Both the position numbers and the translations under genes were made by a program. Positions 24,928-36,906 of a stretch of 64,000 nt of DNA are shown piece by piece. The stretch comes from a virus, in IMG/VR virus record IMGVR_UViG_3300008267_000003, positions 1 through 64,000 of that record. One strand, 5' to 3'. Each line of letters begins with the position of its first letter. Position 1 is the first letter of the stretch. The notes beneath the pieces are model-generated. The model saw only the letters and a program-made list of their open reading frames with translations, was not told where the DNA came from and did no database searches.

Positions 24928-26711
24928 GTAAATTAATTACCAATAATTTCAAGCTATTCAATGCTGAACAGTTTATAGAATCGTTCAGTGAAAGTCAATT
25001 TGAAGTTTACTACCTCTTCATAGGTAAGTCTACTCCTTTCACTAACGACTCTGTACCACCAACGCTTTATGATGCTGTCAGAGACGTATACGTTGATCCA
25101 TATGAAGATATGATATATGCTAAACGTATAACTACTTCTGACGTGGTTTACATGGCACCAAGACATGACTGGACGGCTAATACAGCATACGCAAAATACT
25201 CACATGATGCAAATAACTTATTCCAATCTGCGTTCTACGTAGTTGTTGATGAGGGCCTGAATTACAGTGTATTTAAATGTCTTGATAATAACAGCGGTGC
25301 ATATTCTACATACGAACCCCAATCAACAGAAACATCACCTAGTGATGAGAGCTACGTGACACCAGACGGGTATCAGTGGAAGTATATGTACTCAGTATCT
25401 TCTACTGTTTTTGATAGGTTTGCTACTTTATCCCACATACCGGTTATTGCTAACACCCAGGTTTCCGGAAATGCAGTGGCAGGTTCTATAGATAATATTG
25501 AAGTGATATCGCGTGGTAGTAGCTACTCTTCTTACGCCAATGGAACTTTCCAAGAATCTCGTGTTGGTGGTAATGAGTTAATTTATGCGTTGGATCCTAC
25601 TACTTCTTCGAGTAATAGTAGCTTTTATGTAGGATGTGCTCTTAAAATTGTTAGCGGTACAGGAGCAGGTCAACTCAAAAAAATCAACGCTTACACAGTT
25701 TCTGGTTCAACAAGAAGAGTTACTATAGACTCTGCTTTCACTATTGGCCCTACAAACTCTTCAACATATGAAATAACTCCTCTTGTTACCATATCTGGTG
25801 ACGGTACCGGTGCTACAGCTAGAGCTATTGTTAATGCTACTTCAAATTCAATTCACAAAATTGAGATTGTTAATCGTGGTGAAAACTACACGTACGCCTC
25901 TGTTGCTATCACCGGAAATACCGGAATCATTAATGTTGCTACCTCAACTGCTATTTTAGCAAACAACGCACAGGCTAAGGCAATCATAAGCCCTAAAGGT
26001 GGCCACGGAAGTAACACAGCAGCCGAGCTGGGAGCCCACTATGTTGGAGTTAGTGTTGTGTATGATAGTACTCTTTCCGGTGGGAAGATTGTTGATGAGA
26101 ACGACTTTAGAACAGCTGGAATTATAAAGAACCCACTTTTTGCAAATGTGGTGCTGACACTTAGCAGTGTTTCAGGGACCTTCCAAGATGAAGAGCGTGT
26201 ATCTCAATCCAACACTGGAGCATACGGTATAGTTGTATCAGCAAACAGTACATCGGTTAAACTGTCGAATGCTTTTGGTTTCTTCGCAACAGGAAATTCA
26301 TCAACCAACTTACTAACTGGTAATGTTTCAGGATACACTGCGATATGCGATGCAATTTCACAACCGACAACGTATGTTGATCAGACAACAAAATTTGTTG
26401 CCTCACTCCAAACATCTAACAATTTTATAGAGGATGAAAGAGTGTACCAAATAGCAGCTAATGCTTATTTTTATTCATCCAATGCCACAGTAATAAGGGT
26501 CGTAGATCCCAAAGGAACATTCAATACATCCGATATAAGTACTACTGAATATATTGACGGAGCTAACTCATCGGCTCGAGCATCAATAGATGCAATCATC
26601 CCACCTGACTTGGTTAAAAACACAGGTGATGTAATTTACATTGAGAATTTTGTACCGATATCGAAGACATCCGGACAAACAGAATCGTTAAAATTAATAT
26701 TGGAATTTTAA
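24924..26711 (+). CDS. 8: Baseplate wedge gp8
   Basis: Y.FIG, FYV......V.KCL.N, DGY.WKYMY, P.GGHG, NDFR..G, GD.IY.EN..P. Confidence 0.88.
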   Translation: MSKLITNNFKLFNAEQFIESFSESQFEVYYLFIGKSTPFTNDSVPPTLYDAVRDVYVDPYEDMIYAKRITTSDVVYMAPRHDWTANTAYAKYSHDANNLFQSAFYVVVDEGLNYSVFKCLDNNSGAYSTYEPQSTETSPSDESYVTPDGYQWKYMYSVSSTVFDRFATLSHIPVIANTQVSGNAVAGSIDNIEVISRGSSYSSYANGTFQESRVGGNELIYALDPTTSSSNSSFYVGCALKIVSGTGAGQLKKINAYTVSGSTRRVTIDSAFTIGPTNSSTYEITPLVTISGDGTGATARAIVNATSNSIHKIEIVNRGENYTYASVAITGNTGIINVATSTAILANNAQAKAIISPKGGHGSNTAAELGAHYVGVSVVYDSTLSGGKIVDENDFRTAGIIKNPLFANVVLTLSSVSGTFQDEERVSQSNTGAYGIVVSANSTSVKLSNAFGFFATGNSSTNLLTGNVSGYTAICDAISQPTTYVDQTTKFVASLQTSNNFIEDERVYQIAANAYFYSSNATVIRVVDPKGTFNTSDISTTEYIDGANSSARASIDAIIPPDLVKNTGDVIYIENFVPISKTSGQTESLKLILEF

Positions 26712-26723
26712 TTAGAGGAACAA

Positions 26724-29700
26724 ATGCCACTTGACACTAATCTAAACGTAGCTCCTTTTTATGATGATTACGACGAAGAGAAGAACTTTCATAGAGTTCT
26801 TTTCCGCCCTGCCGTGCCTGTTCAGGCAAGAGAATTAACTCAGCTACAGTCCATTTTACAAAATCAGTTTGAAAGATTTGGTGACAACATCTACAAGCAG
26901 GGTACTATTCTCAAAGGATGTACTTTTACTTTTGATTATAACTATTATTACATTAAAATTCTGGATCTACAGGTAGATGGCCAGACTGCAGTTCCTTCAA
27001 ATTATGTGAACGCATACGCTATCCATCTATCATCCAACCTACAATCACTGGTTGTTAATTCATTTGATGGTCTTGAATCACAAGATCCTGATACAAACAT
27101 GCTCTTTGTGAAGTACCTTAATACCGGTACGGGAGATAAAAAGACTTTTGCTAACTCAGACGTTGTTCGAGTATTTGATCGTAACTATCCTGTTGAGGAT
27201 ATTACTATTGATAGTGGTGGTACTCTTTATAGCAACAGTGATAGTATATCTTTCTCAGGTGGAGATGGTTCTGGCGCAGCTGCCACATTAATTACATATG
27301 CAAACGGTACGATTAGATCAGTTACAATTACATCTCAAGGTAGTGGATACACAACTGCACCATCGCTATCTATAACCACATCTACTGGTTCTGGTGCTCA
27401 ATTCACAGTCAAAAACTATATTGCTGACGTTACTGTTGCTAACTCAAGTTTCAGTGCAAACTCAACAACACCTACAGGTTTAGGTAGTGCTGCAACCGTT
27501 TCTGATGGAGTAATATATCAAAAAGGTAATTTTGTAAGAGTAGAAACGCAAACCACTATTATTGACAGATTCTCTTCAGAACCCGATGGTTTAGTTCTTG
27601 GTTTCAACACTCTTGAGTCTGTGGTTAATAATAGTGTAGATACAACACTACTTGACAATGCACAGGGATATAGCAACTTTACTGCACCTGGTGCATACCG
27701 TTTGAAGCTAACACCATCTTTAGTTGTTAAAACTAAGGCTGATGCTGCAGCTAATACAGAATTCTTTAGCTTGTTGGAGTATGAGCGCGGTAAGATTGTT
27801 AGAAGAAGAACAGAAACAGAATTTAATTCGATTAACTCTAAGTTAGCAAGAAGAACTGCCGAGGAGAGTGGAGATTACGTCGTTAGACCATTTAACATAT
27901 ATACTGAAGAAATCACTGGAAACACCACACACATTGATGTCTCCATTGGATCTGGTGTTGGTTATGTTGATGGTTACAGAATGGAGATTGAGGATATTGT
28001 AAGAACTCCTATCAGAAAAGGAACTGATACTGCAAACCTAGCAAGTCAGGTGATTTCAACAAATTACGGCAACTATGTTTTAATTAACGAGATGCTTGGT
28101 AATTTTGATTTTACTTCTGGTGGATCGGTAAACTTAAGAAACGCTGCTGCTACAGATATCACAGATAACTACGGTGGTGGACCAACAACACCGGGTTCGT
28201 TAATTGGAACAGCTAAAATACGATCGTTCGTGTACCACTCCGGAAATATAGGCACACCTTCTGCTACTTACAGACTGTATCTTTATGATATAGCCCTCAA
28301 TCCCGGATTTGCATTCGAAGATGTGTTATCGGTTCAAAGTGGTGATGGAACTGCTGACTGTGTGTTGGATGATGCCGGTGCGCAGCTACAAGATACTGAT
28401 TTTGATTCACTTTTATTCTCTTCAGGTGTTCAAGCAGTAAAACAATTTACCAATGAAGAGTTTATATACAGAACAGCTGCTAACTATACCTTTGATGGTA
28501 CTGGCACGGCCATAATTAATCTAACAGGATCAGAGTATTTCCCATACACTGCTAGCTCACCTCTCAACGATATTCAGACATTAGATTTCATTGTAGTACC
28601 TGCCTCTAATGTAGTATCTTCAACTACATTATCCGGTACAATATCTACTTCTGGAAATACAATTACTGGAGTTGGTACAAGCTTCATTTCCGAATTAGAT
28701 CAAGGTGACTACGTTAAATTCAGTGGTGATTCAGGCTTCTTTAGAATTGCATCAATCACTTCTCCAACAACTATGAAGGTTGCAGGTGCTGGTCCAGCTT
28801 CACTCGTGTCAAACACATACACATTAGCATATCCTAAGAATGTCCCAGTGAGGTTGGATAAAGGATCTGCTAATGTAAATATTGACGGTGCAAGACAACA
28901 GGCTACTATCTTCTTGGGTAATACGCTTGCGACTTCTGTTACTTCAAAGATATATCACGATATTCAAGTTAGCAGCGCTAGCCCTAAAACAAAAACAGTC
29001 AAAAAGGGAGTATTCGTAAAGCTCTCAACATCAATACTATCAGCAAAAAATAAAGGTCCTTGGAGTCTGGGTATTCCTGATGTTTATAGCATTGATGCAG
29101 TGTATGTTGGAACGGGTAACACGTACTCCAACACCACCACAAACTATAAGAACAGCTTTGAGTTGATTAGTGGTCAAACAGACAATGTATACAAACTAGC
29201 TAGTCTTAGAAAGAGGCCTGGAGGAACACTATCACTAACTTCTTCATCCTGCTTGCTAGTAGAATTGAGCTGCTTCACCCACGGATCTGGATACTATATC
29301 TCTACGGAATCGTATCCTGTAAACGACTCTAACACCTATAATGCTAACACGGAGATAAGAACTCAGGATATACCAAACCACGTCTCACCTAAATCTGGTA
29401 TTACTATCAATTTAAGAGATGCAATAGATTTTAGACCAATAGTATCTAATACAGCAAACGTTAATGCAAACACTGTTGCTGGTGCTACTATTGATCCATC
29501 AGGTACAAACACTCTCACAGGTACTCTTTACTTTCCAACACCAAACAAGGATTTTGAGGCAGAGATTGAACACTACTTGAGACGAGCAGATAGAGTTATT
29601 CTGGATCAATTTGGTCAAATTAGTATTGTGGAGGGTGTTCCTTCAGAGAACCCTGAGCCTCCAAAAGCTCCGGATACTGGAATGTCTCTTGGAACTGTAC

Positions 29701-32700
29701 ATGTTCCACCTTACCCAACCCTATCACCAAAGCAAGCTAAGGATAGTGGTCGTCCAGAATATTCTACTCTGGTGAAACAAGATCAGATCAGAAACTACAC
29801 AATGAGTGATATTCGAAGGATTGAGGATAGAATTTCCAAGCTAGAATATTACTCTCTACTATCTCTTTTGGAAACAAATGCAAGTGACCTTGTAATTCCT
29901 AGCGAAGCAAATAGTTCAATAAACAGATTCAAAAACGGATTCTTTGTAGACTCTTTCTCTACATACGATATTTCAGATGTCAATAATCCCGAATATCTAA
30001 TTACCATAGATCCCATAAAAAGTATAGCTAGACCTCAGCTAGATTCAAGGATGATTGATCTAGTTGCAAATACCTCAGCGTCTTCAAATCTAACATTTAA
30101 GGGTGATTTGGCTACATTGAGCTACACTCAAAAACTCTACACTGAACAACCACTGGCAAATAGACAGAGGAGAGTTACTCAGAGTACATGGAGCTATCAA
30201 GGAGCAATGCAGTTGTTTCCTCCGTACGATAACTTCTACGATACTACAACATCGCAGCTCAATTTTACAATAGATCTTGCAACTCCACTCAATAATCTGA
30301 TCAATGCTATTAATAAGAACCCTAACTTTAAAGCTGGTGGTACTACAATTGCGCAGACGGCTACTGCATGGAATACTGTTTCAACAAATAGAAACGGTTC
30401 TGAAAATCAACAGTCAACTGTAACAACCCAGACTACAACAACACAGAATCAACTATCTGTTGGATCTACGGTTACAAACACACAAGAAATTGGTGATTTT
30501 GTAACGGACTTTAGTCTTAATCCATACATAAGACCTCAGTGGGTTTCTTTTGTTGCTTCAGGTCTGAGACCAGGTACAAAACACTATGTGTATTTTGATA
30601 AACGTCCCGTAAGTAACCTGACTTTACCTGCTCAATTTGACATAGATCTTTTTAATTCGTATGATAAAACCACAGACTTAGATAAAACAAGCTCCACTAC
30701 AGGATACAGTATAATTGGAGATTTGGGTGATGTTCTTGTTGCTAATACACTAGGTATGCTTGCTGGTACATTCTACATCGAAGAGCAAAAGTATTTCTGT
30801 GGAGATAGAGAAGTTCTTCTACTGGATGTTGATGATTATCAATCGGCTGATACGACCATATCAAGAGCTAGCTGTGTCTTTAGTGCTTACAACTTTACTA
30901 AAGACATGGCTACTCTATCTGTAACTACAAAGAAGCCTGGTAACATAACCAATGTATTGCTTTCCAACACAACAACAACCGTTACTACTGCAACCAGGAC
31001 GACAGCACCTCCTCCTGATCCTTTAGCTCAAACTTTTGCAGTAAGTCTTAATGATGGTACAGATGGTATATACATCACGAAAGTAGATTTGTACTTCAAG
31101 CAGAAGGATTCTAACTTTGGACTTGTTGTACAAATAAGAGAAACTGATCCATCATCAGGAGCACCAATCCCTTCCATATTGGCACAGAAGATGGTGCCTT
31201 CAAAATACGTTAATGTCAGTAACAACTCTAGTGCAGTGACGACGGTTATATTTAACAGTCCCGTTTATGTCAGACATGGTCGCGACTATGCTGTTGTGTT
31301 ATTACCAGATGCAGATTCTCCTGAATACATTGCATGGTCTGCAGAAGCAGGTTATCCGGATATATTAACTAACGTTGCCAAGAATAAAGACTGGGGCGAT
31401 GGTAGCTGTTATCTATCTTCTAATGACAAAGTATGGACTCCGTTGATAAACGAAGATATCAAATTCAGAGTGTACTGTGCAGACTTTACTAATAGTCAGT
31501 TTGGAACAGTTGTTTTTGAGAATGATAATATTGAGTTCATGACGATTGCGAATACTCAAGGTTCATTTGAAGTTGGAGAAGCCATTGCTCAAAAGGCGAA
31601 TACATACTTGAGCACACAGTTTGGCAACTCAAGTATTAATTCAAGAGGTTTGTCGGTTATTACAACCACTAATAACATTTCAGGTACGGTAACCATGGAC
31701 GATTACTTGTTAATTGTATATGGTAACAATGCAGTAACAGGTACAGGAACAGTTACAGTTACATCCTCAGACACTACAGTTACTGGATCATCTTCAACAT
31801 TCACTACACAATATGCTGTTGGTGATTTCATTTGCATTAACAACGAACTAAGACAAGTTGTAACTATTGCTAATAATACTCAGTTGACTATCGATGCTCC
31901 TCTATCAAGTGCTGTGACAACAAATACTCATTTATCTGTTACAGAAACGTTCCAAGTTGTTCGTGTTATAACTGCAAACACTACAACTGTTACAATTAAA
32001 AATAAACCAAGATTTACAATCAATAACACTACTGTATTTGCCAGTGCTCAAAAAGTAGTTAGGGGTATTTTATCTCAGAAGGATAATGATGATACTGTTA
32101 TTGTTAAGGATTCTAACGCCTCTAATTCTTCTTTCCTATTCCAAACAGGAAAAACAATTTTTGGTGATCGGAGTCAGTCATCAGCAGTCATATCCAGTAT
32201 TGACAACTCTACTTTCAGTTTCGTAGAGCCTCATATAATGACAAATATCCCTCCTACAACATCAATAACACTTACGCAGAGAGCTGATAGGGTGTCTGGG
32301 GCAGCATCTAACAATGCGATGTCATTTGGAGTATCTAATAAGACAGTAGCAGTATCCCAAATACGATCAAAGAGTAACGAAATTACTCAGCTATCTGGAG
32401 CCAAATCATTCAAACTGTATGCTAGATTGACTCGTAACGCTGATACAGTATTGGTTGCCCCGGTTATCGATGTTAGTCCAGTTAGTATTCTCACTAAGAG
32501 AAATATAATTAACAACAGCGCTGTTGATGAAACCACCTCCTACGGAAATTCGCAGGTTAGATATGTTTCAAGACGTGTTGTACTGGCTGACAAGTTGGAT
32601 GCTGAGGACATGAGAGTTTATCTAACAGCATACAAACCCTCTGGATCCAGTATATTGGTGTATGGTAAGGTATTAAGTGGGGTTGACTCTGAAGACTTTG

Positions 32701-33233
32701 AAAATAAGGATTGGACGCTTCTAGAACAAGTTACGGAAGCTAATCTGTACAGTGACAAGGCAAATGAGTACGATTACATAGAATATGAATACGCTCCTAA
32801 ACTTTCTCCACCATCCTCTACTATTGACGGTAGAGTTCAAACGTATAGTAATACTACGTTAGTTGGTGTGGGTACAGACTTTACTTTACTAGCTGCAAAC
32901 GACCTAGTTAAAATTGTTGGTTTTGATACCAACACCGACTATGAGGTTAATATTGTTAATTCGGTAGCAAACACTACAAGTTTAACTCTTAAGAACGCTC
33001 TTGGTCCTTATTCAAATACAACTGCCACTGGTTTGATTCTTGAAAAGATTACTCAACCTGGAGCCTCGTTCAAGTATGATGCTGGTGATGGAGCTATTTT
33101 AAGATATTATAACTCTTCAGGATCCTTGTATACCGGATACAAAACCTATGCTATCAAGGTTGTGTTGCTCTCTAGCTCAGAACATTTTCCTCCTATACTA
33201 AAGGATATTAGAGCGTTAGCGGTATCTCTATGA
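26724..33233 (+). CDS. Large VrlC-like/DUF4815 structural protein
   Basis: NLNV.P.YDDY, VLFRP...VQARELTQLQSILQ, APGA.RLK, LA.RT.EESGDY, RFKNGFFVD.F, DPLAQTF. Confidence 0.88.
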   Translation: MPLDTNLNVAPFYDDYDEEKNFHRVLFRPAVPVQARELTQLQSILQNQFERFGDNIYKQGTILKGCTFTFDYNYYYIKILDLQVDGQTAVPSNYVNAYAIHLSSNLQSLVVNSFDGLESQDPDTNMLFVKYLNTGTGDKKTFANSDVVRVFDRNYPVEDITIDSGGTLYSNSDSISFSGGDGSGAAATLITYANGTIRSVTITSQGSGYTTAPSLSITTSTGSGAQFTVKNYIADVTVANSSFSANSTTPTGLGSAATVSDGVIYQKGNFVRVETQTTIIDRFSSEPDGLVLGFNTLESVVNNSVDTTLLDNAQGYSNFTAPGAYRLKLTPSLVVKTKADAAANTEFFSLLEYERGKIVRRRTETEFNSINSKLARRTAEESGDYVVRPFNIYTEEITGNTTHIDVSIGSGVGYVDGYRMEIEDIVRTPIRKGTDTANLASQVISTNYGNYVLINEMLGNFDFTSGGSVNLRNAAATDITDNYGGGPTTPGSLIGTAKIRSFVYHSGNIGTPSATYRLYLYDIALNPGFAFEDVLSVQSGDGTADCVLDDAGAQLQDTDFDSLLFSSGVQAVKQFTNEEFIYRTAANYTFDGTGTAIINLTGSEYFPYTASSPLNDIQTLDFIVVPASNVVSSTTLSGTISTSGNTITGVGTSFISELDQGDYVKFSGDSGFFRIASITSPTTMKVAGAGPASLVSNTYTLAYPKNVPVRLDKGSANVNIDGARQQATIFLGNTLATSVTSKIYHDIQVSSASPKTKTVKKGVFVKLSTSILSAKNKGPWSLGIPDVYSIDAVYVGTGNTYSNTTTNYKNSFELISGQTDNVYKLASLRKRPGGTLSLTSSSCLLVELSCFTHGSGYYISTESYPVNDSNTYNANTEIRTQDIPNHVSPKSGITINLRDAIDFRPIVSNTANVNANTVAGATIDPSGTNTLTGTLYFPTPNKDFEAEIEHYLRRADRVILDQFGQISIVEGVPSENPEPPKAPDTGMSLGTVHVPPYPTLSPKQAKDSGRPEYSTLVKQDQIRNYTMSDIRRIEDRISKLEYYSLLSLLETNASDLVIPSEANSSINRFKNGFFVDSFSTYDISDVNNPEYLITIDPIKSIARPQLDSRMIDLVANTSASSNLTFKGDLATLSYTQKLYTEQPLANRQRRVTQSTWSYQGAMQLFPPYDNFYDTTTSQLNFTIDLATPLNNLINAINKNPNFKAGGTTIAQTATAWNTVSTNRNGSENQQSTVTTQTTTTQNQLSVGSTVTNTQEIGDFVTDFSLNPYIRPQWVSFVASGLRPGTKHYVYFDKRPVSNLTLPAQFDIDLFNSYDKTTDLDKTSSTTGYSIIGDLGDVLVANTLGMLAGTFYIEEQKYFCGDREVLLLDVDDYQSADTTISRASCVFSAYNFTKDMATLSVTTKKPGNITNVLLSNTTTTVTTATRTTAPPPDPLAQTFAVSLNDGTDGIYITKVDLYFKQKDSNFGLVVQIRETDPSSGAPIPSILAQKMVPSKYVNVSNNSSAVTTVIFNSPVYVRHGRDYAVVLLPDADSPEYIAWSAEAGYPDILTNVAKNKDWGDGSCYLSSNDKVWTPLINEDIKFRVYCADFTNSQFGTVVFENDNIEFMTIANTQGSFEVGEAIAQKANTYLSTQFGNSSINSRGLSVITTTNNISGTVTMDDYLLIVYGNNAVTGTGTVTVTSSDTTVTGSSSTFTTQYAVGDFICINNELRQVVTIANNTQLTIDAPLSSAVTTNTHLSVTETFQVVRVITANTTTVTIKNKPRFTINNTTVFASAQKVVRGILSQKDNDDTVIVKDSNASNSSFLFQTGKTIFGDRSQSSAVISSIDNSTFSFVEPHIMTNIPPTTSITLTQRADRVSGAASNNAMSFGVSNKTVAVSQIRSKSNEITQLSGAKSFKLYARLTRNADTVLVAPVIDVSPVSILTKRNIINNSAVDETTSYGNSQVRYVSRRVVLADKLDAEDMRVYLTAYKPSGSSILVYGKVLSGVDSEDFENKDWTLLEQVTEANLYSDKANEYDYIEYEYAPKLSPPSSTIDGRVQTYSNTTLVGVGTDFTLLAANDLVKIVGFDTNTDYEVNIVNSVANTTSLTLKNALGPYSNTTATGLILEKITQPGASFKYDAGDGAILRYYNSSGSLYTGYKTYAIKVVLLSSSEHFPPILKDIRALAVSL

Positions 33234-33457
33234 CAATAAAGACTGAGATTGAGGGTTTCATAAGAGACCCAAAAAATAGTGCTCTAATAAATACAAATGC
33301 TACTGCTTACGTTCAATACAAAGAAAAGCGTAAGCAGCACCAGGATTACAGCACCCTAAAGAATGAAGTGGATAGTCTCAAGGAAGATTTAGGAAGTATA
33401 AAAACCATGTTACAAATTTTAATCCAAAGAGAGAATAATGGCTCTACCAACCGCTAA
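33230..33457 (+). CDS. Small coiled-coil protein following the VrlC-like gene
   Basis: G..RD....ALIN...Y..Y...LK.E...IK..L. Confidence 0.7.
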   Translation: MTIKTEIEGFIRDPKNSALINTNATAYVQYKEKRKQHQDYSTLKNEVDSLKEDLGSIKTMLQILIQRENNGSTNR

Positions 33458-34529
33458 TTTAAATACATCAACTGATACGTTCCTCAATTGGTTTGATAAA
33501 ACTAATACGCTGCTTGATGCGTATTCCACTACGATTATAACTACAGCTGCTAATTCCTCTGGTGGTACAACAACTGGTAATGCTAGTCTTATTGGTATTT
33601 TCAATTCGAATACTGTTGCTGTAGGAACAGCGTTGAGAGGTGGTAACGTTACAACCAGCGCAGTGCTGACAGTGTCTAGTAACCTGTCAATTTCTGGTAA
33701 TACAATTTTTACCGGTAATGCTGATTTCTCTAATGACATATCCATCTCAGGTAATGCTGTTGTTACAGGTGCTTTGATTATCACTGGTGATATTACTGTA
33801 TCTGGATCGTTCTCTAAAGACACTGGAAATACTAACTTCAACAGTGGTGTATTGTTCATTGACTCGGTTAATAACCGCATTGGTATTAATAACACAGCTC
33901 CTGGTGTAGCTCTACGAGTTACTGGAGCTACTGACATCACAACTACTGCTAATGTTCAAGGAAACACCACTTTGGGTGGAACATTGTCAACAAATGGTGC
34001 TGCCAGTTTCTCTAACACTATGACTGTTGCTGGAAATACAACAATCACGAAAGACTTTGTTACCAACGCAAACACATATCTATCTGCTAATTTGTTTGTG
34101 ATTGCTGGAAGCTCAGTATCTGTAAATGCTCCTGCAACATTTACAGCTAACGTTGTTGTAGAAGAAAATACAACACTCCAAAGCAATGTTAGTATAGGTA
34201 ATATAGTTAATTTTGGTGTATCAAATTCAGACTTAGGAAGTAATACAACAAGTTATCTGACTCTGGTAAGCTTCCCCAAATCATCTCACAAAGGTGGTAA
34301 GTTTGTAATTAACATGAGCAGAGCAAATACTTCTCAGATGTCAGAGATGCTTCTTACTCATGATTCTAACGATAACACAAATATTACTGTATTCGGTACT
34401 GTTGTTTGCCCAACAACAACAGGTGAACTTGGTTCAATTACCGCAGCTATAAATAATGCTAATGTAGAATTACAAATACAACAAACCAATGCAAATACAG
34501 CTGTAAAAATTATAGCTCAACTATTCTAA
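33438..34529 (+). CDS. Tail fiber/baseplate-associated protein
   Basis: TDTF..W..KTN N-terminus; beta-repeats; LFID.VNNRIGIN motif. Confidence 0.75.
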   Translation: MALPTANLNTSTDTFLNWFDKTNTLLDAYSTTIITTAANSSGGTTTGNASLIGIFNSNTVAVGTALRGGNVTTSAVLTVSSNLSISGNTIFTGNADFSNDISISGNAVVTGALIITGDITVSGSFSKDTGNTNFNSGVLFIDSVNNRIGINNTAPGVALRVTGATDITTTANVQGNTTLGGTLSTNGAASFSNTMTVAGNTTITKDFVTNANTYLSANLFVIAGSSVSVNAPATFTANVVVEENTTLQSNVSIGNIVNFGVSNSDLGSNTTSYLTLVSFPKSSHKGGKFVINMSRANTSQMSEMLLTHDSNDNTNITVFGTVVCPTTTGELGSITAAINNANVELQIQQTNANTAVKIIAQLF

Positions 34530-34539
34530 CGGAATTTGA

Positions 34540-36906
34540 ATGGCTACCGCAAACACAAGATTTAAAACGCATTATGGATTACAAGCAAACTCAAACAGTT
34601 TTGTTGATGGTGACTTTACCATCAATGGTGATCTAGCCGTAAACGGTAGTATTGCTTTTCAAACCTTATCTGGACTTTCAGGCGACTTTTTTCCAAATGA
34701 AGATCAAAAGGCACTAGGCAATTCTTCACTCAGATGGAATCTTAGTGCATTTACAGCTAACGTAGGATCGACGTTTAATGTTGTTGGTGCCGCACAGATG
34801 GCTAACTCGCTTCAGGTAACCGGCCCTGTTACATTATCAAACACAATTGTTGTTACCGGAACTGCCAACGTTGTTGGATTCAATGCATCCGGTACTGCTA
34901 ATATATCTCAGAATTTTAACGTAGGTGGGTCTGCTAATGTTGGTGGCTATATCAACGCTGGTGGTAATGCTACGTTTGCATGTTCAATATTTAATCTAAC
35001 CACAAACAACACGTCAAACACTCTTACTATAAATGCAGCAAATGTAAACATTGATACAGGAGTGTTCTTTGTTGATGCTGTTAATAATAGAGTTGGTATT
35101 AATAATGCCGCTCCTGGTGTTGCTCTAAGAGTGACGGGAGATGTTGATGTATCAGGTGTTGCTAATATTCAAAGCGGAATGGTTATTGGTAATACGTTTA
35201 GTGTTACTGGAAATGTTTCTTTCGTGAATGGTTTGATTACGGCAAATCCTTCAGCTATAACAACAGGTTCTGCTAATCTCAACATAGACTCTGGTGTATT
35301 TTTTGTCGACTCGGTAAACAATAGAGTAGGAGTTAATAACACAGCTCCTGAATCAACATTGAGAGTGACTGGTGATGTTGATATTTCAACCACAGCAAAT
35401 GTTCAAGGGGATACAAACCTAAGAGGTAATCTAACGGTTAATGGTTCTGTAACCGTGCCTAATACAATTGCTGTTGGTAATACAACCGTAACTGGATTTA
35501 TCAATACATCATCAACAGCTAACGTTGGTGGTGCTGTAACACTACGAAGCACTCTAACTGTAAATGGTGCTGCAACCGTTGCAAATACATTAGCGGTTGG
35601 TAACACAGAGCTCACTGGTTATATTAACGTATCATCAACCGCAAATGTTGGTGGTGCTGCTACACTGAGAACTACTTTAACCGTAGATGGAAATTCCTCC
35701 ATATCAAACGGCCTGATTGTTTCAACAGTAAACAGTACAGCAAACTCTATCCAGTTTGGTGCAGGCAATGTTACGTTTGACACATCCGTTCTATTTGTAG
35801 ATTCTGTAAACAATCGTGTTGGTATCAACAATACAGTACCTTCTGTGGCACTAAGAGTAACAGGTGATGTAGATATTTCTGCATCAGCAAATGTACAAGG
35901 TCTCTTAACTGCTCGTGGTGGTCTTACAGTCAATGGTGTGTTAACCATAGCTAACACAGTGCTTGTTGGTAATACAGATATTGTTGGATTCATGAATGTA
36001 ACATCAACTGCTAACATTGGTGGTGCAACGAATCTAAGAAGCACTCTTGTGGTAAACGGTGCAGCCACAATTGCAAACACAATATCTGTTGGTAATACTG
36101 AGATTACTGGATACATCAACGCAACGTCTACAGCAAATGTTGGCGGTGCTACTAACTTAAGAAGTACATTGACAGTCAATGGTGCTGTTACAGTAGGCAA
36201 TACTCTTGCAGTAGGAAACACAACAATTACTGGTACAGCTAATGTATCAGGTAATGTTGGTTTAGTTGGATCGCTAATGACTGTGACCGACGATCAAAAA
36301 GTTACTATTGGCGCTGCAAATCTAGCTGTTGACACAAACGTACTTTTTGTAGATGCTACAAATAATAGAATTGGTATTAACAATTCAGCACCTACTGTAT
36401 CATTAACAATCACAGCCACAGATGGTATTCAAATTCCAGTCGGTAATACCACTCAACGCCCAACAGGTGCTGTAGGATTGTTTAGGTTTAATAATGAACT
36501 AACTAAGCCTGAGGTGTATTACAACAGTTCATGGAATACGTTTATTACATCAGGAGAGTTGGTAGGTAATTCAGAACCAATTCCAAATACACTAGCGTTC
36601 CGTGATACCAATGCTGATATATACGCAAATAATTTCTACTCAATATCTGACGTAGTTTTAAAAGAAAATATACATAATATTAACGACCCATTAAAGATTC
36701 TTTCACTAACGGGTAAAGAGTACAATTTTAAAGGAGCATCTAGAAAGCAGTATGGATTTGTTGCTCAAGATGTGGAAAAGATTATACCAGAAATTGTAGA
36801 TAAAAAAGGATCGCTAAAGGCTATCAACTACATTCAAATCATAGCTATGCTAGTCGAGACAGTCAAGCACTTGGATAAGAGAATCAGTGACCTGGAGCGT
36901 GACTGA
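34540..36906 (+). CDS. Tail fiber with C-terminal intramolecular chaperone (peptidase S74)
   Basis: Repeated VFFVD.VNNRVGINN and VGNT..TG.IN.SSTANVGGA units; SD..LKENI, G.VAQDVE...PE.V, terminal coiled coil. Confidence 0.88.
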   Translation: MATANTRFKTHYGLQANSNSFVDGDFTINGDLAVNGSIAFQTLSGLSGDFFPNEDQKALGNSSLRWNLSAFTANVGSTFNVVGAAQMANSLQVTGPVTLSNTIVVTGTANVVGFNASGTANISQNFNVGGSANVGGYINAGGNATFACSIFNLTTNNTSNTLTINAANVNIDTGVFFVDAVNNRVGINNAAPGVALRVTGDVDVSGVANIQSGMVIGNTFSVTGNVSFVNGLITANPSAITTGSANLNIDSGVFFVDSVNNRVGVNNTAPESTLRVTGDVDISTTANVQGDTNLRGNLTVNGSVTVPNTIAVGNTTVTGFINTSSTANVGGAVTLRSTLTVNGAATVANTLAVGNTELTGYINVSSTANVGGAATLRTTLTVDGNSSISNGLIVSTVNSTANSIQFGAGNVTFDTSVLFVDSVNNRVGINNTVPSVALRVTGDVDISASANVQGLLTARGGLTVNGVLTIANTVLVGNTDIVGFMNVTSTANIGGATNLRSTLVVNGAATIANTISVGNTEITGYINATSTANVGGATNLRSTLTVNGAVTVGNTLAVGNTTITGTANVSGNVGLVGSLMTVTDDQKVTIGAANLAVDTNVLFVDATNNRIGINNSAPTVSLTITATDGIQIPVGNTTQRPTGAVGLFRFNNELTKPEVYYNSSWNTFITSGELVGNSEPIPNTLAFRDTNADIYANNFYSISDVVLKENIHNINDPLKILSLTGKEYNFKGASRKQYGFVAQDVEKIIPEIVDKKGSLKAINYIQIIAMLVETVKHLDKRISDLERD

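Noticed and set aside
35169-36221. Long antisense ORFs opposite fiber genes (also 10823-12263 and 52513-55344)
   Set aside because: Expected from Thr/Val/Ala/Gly/Asn codon bias, which leaves few antisense stops; no SD or motifs
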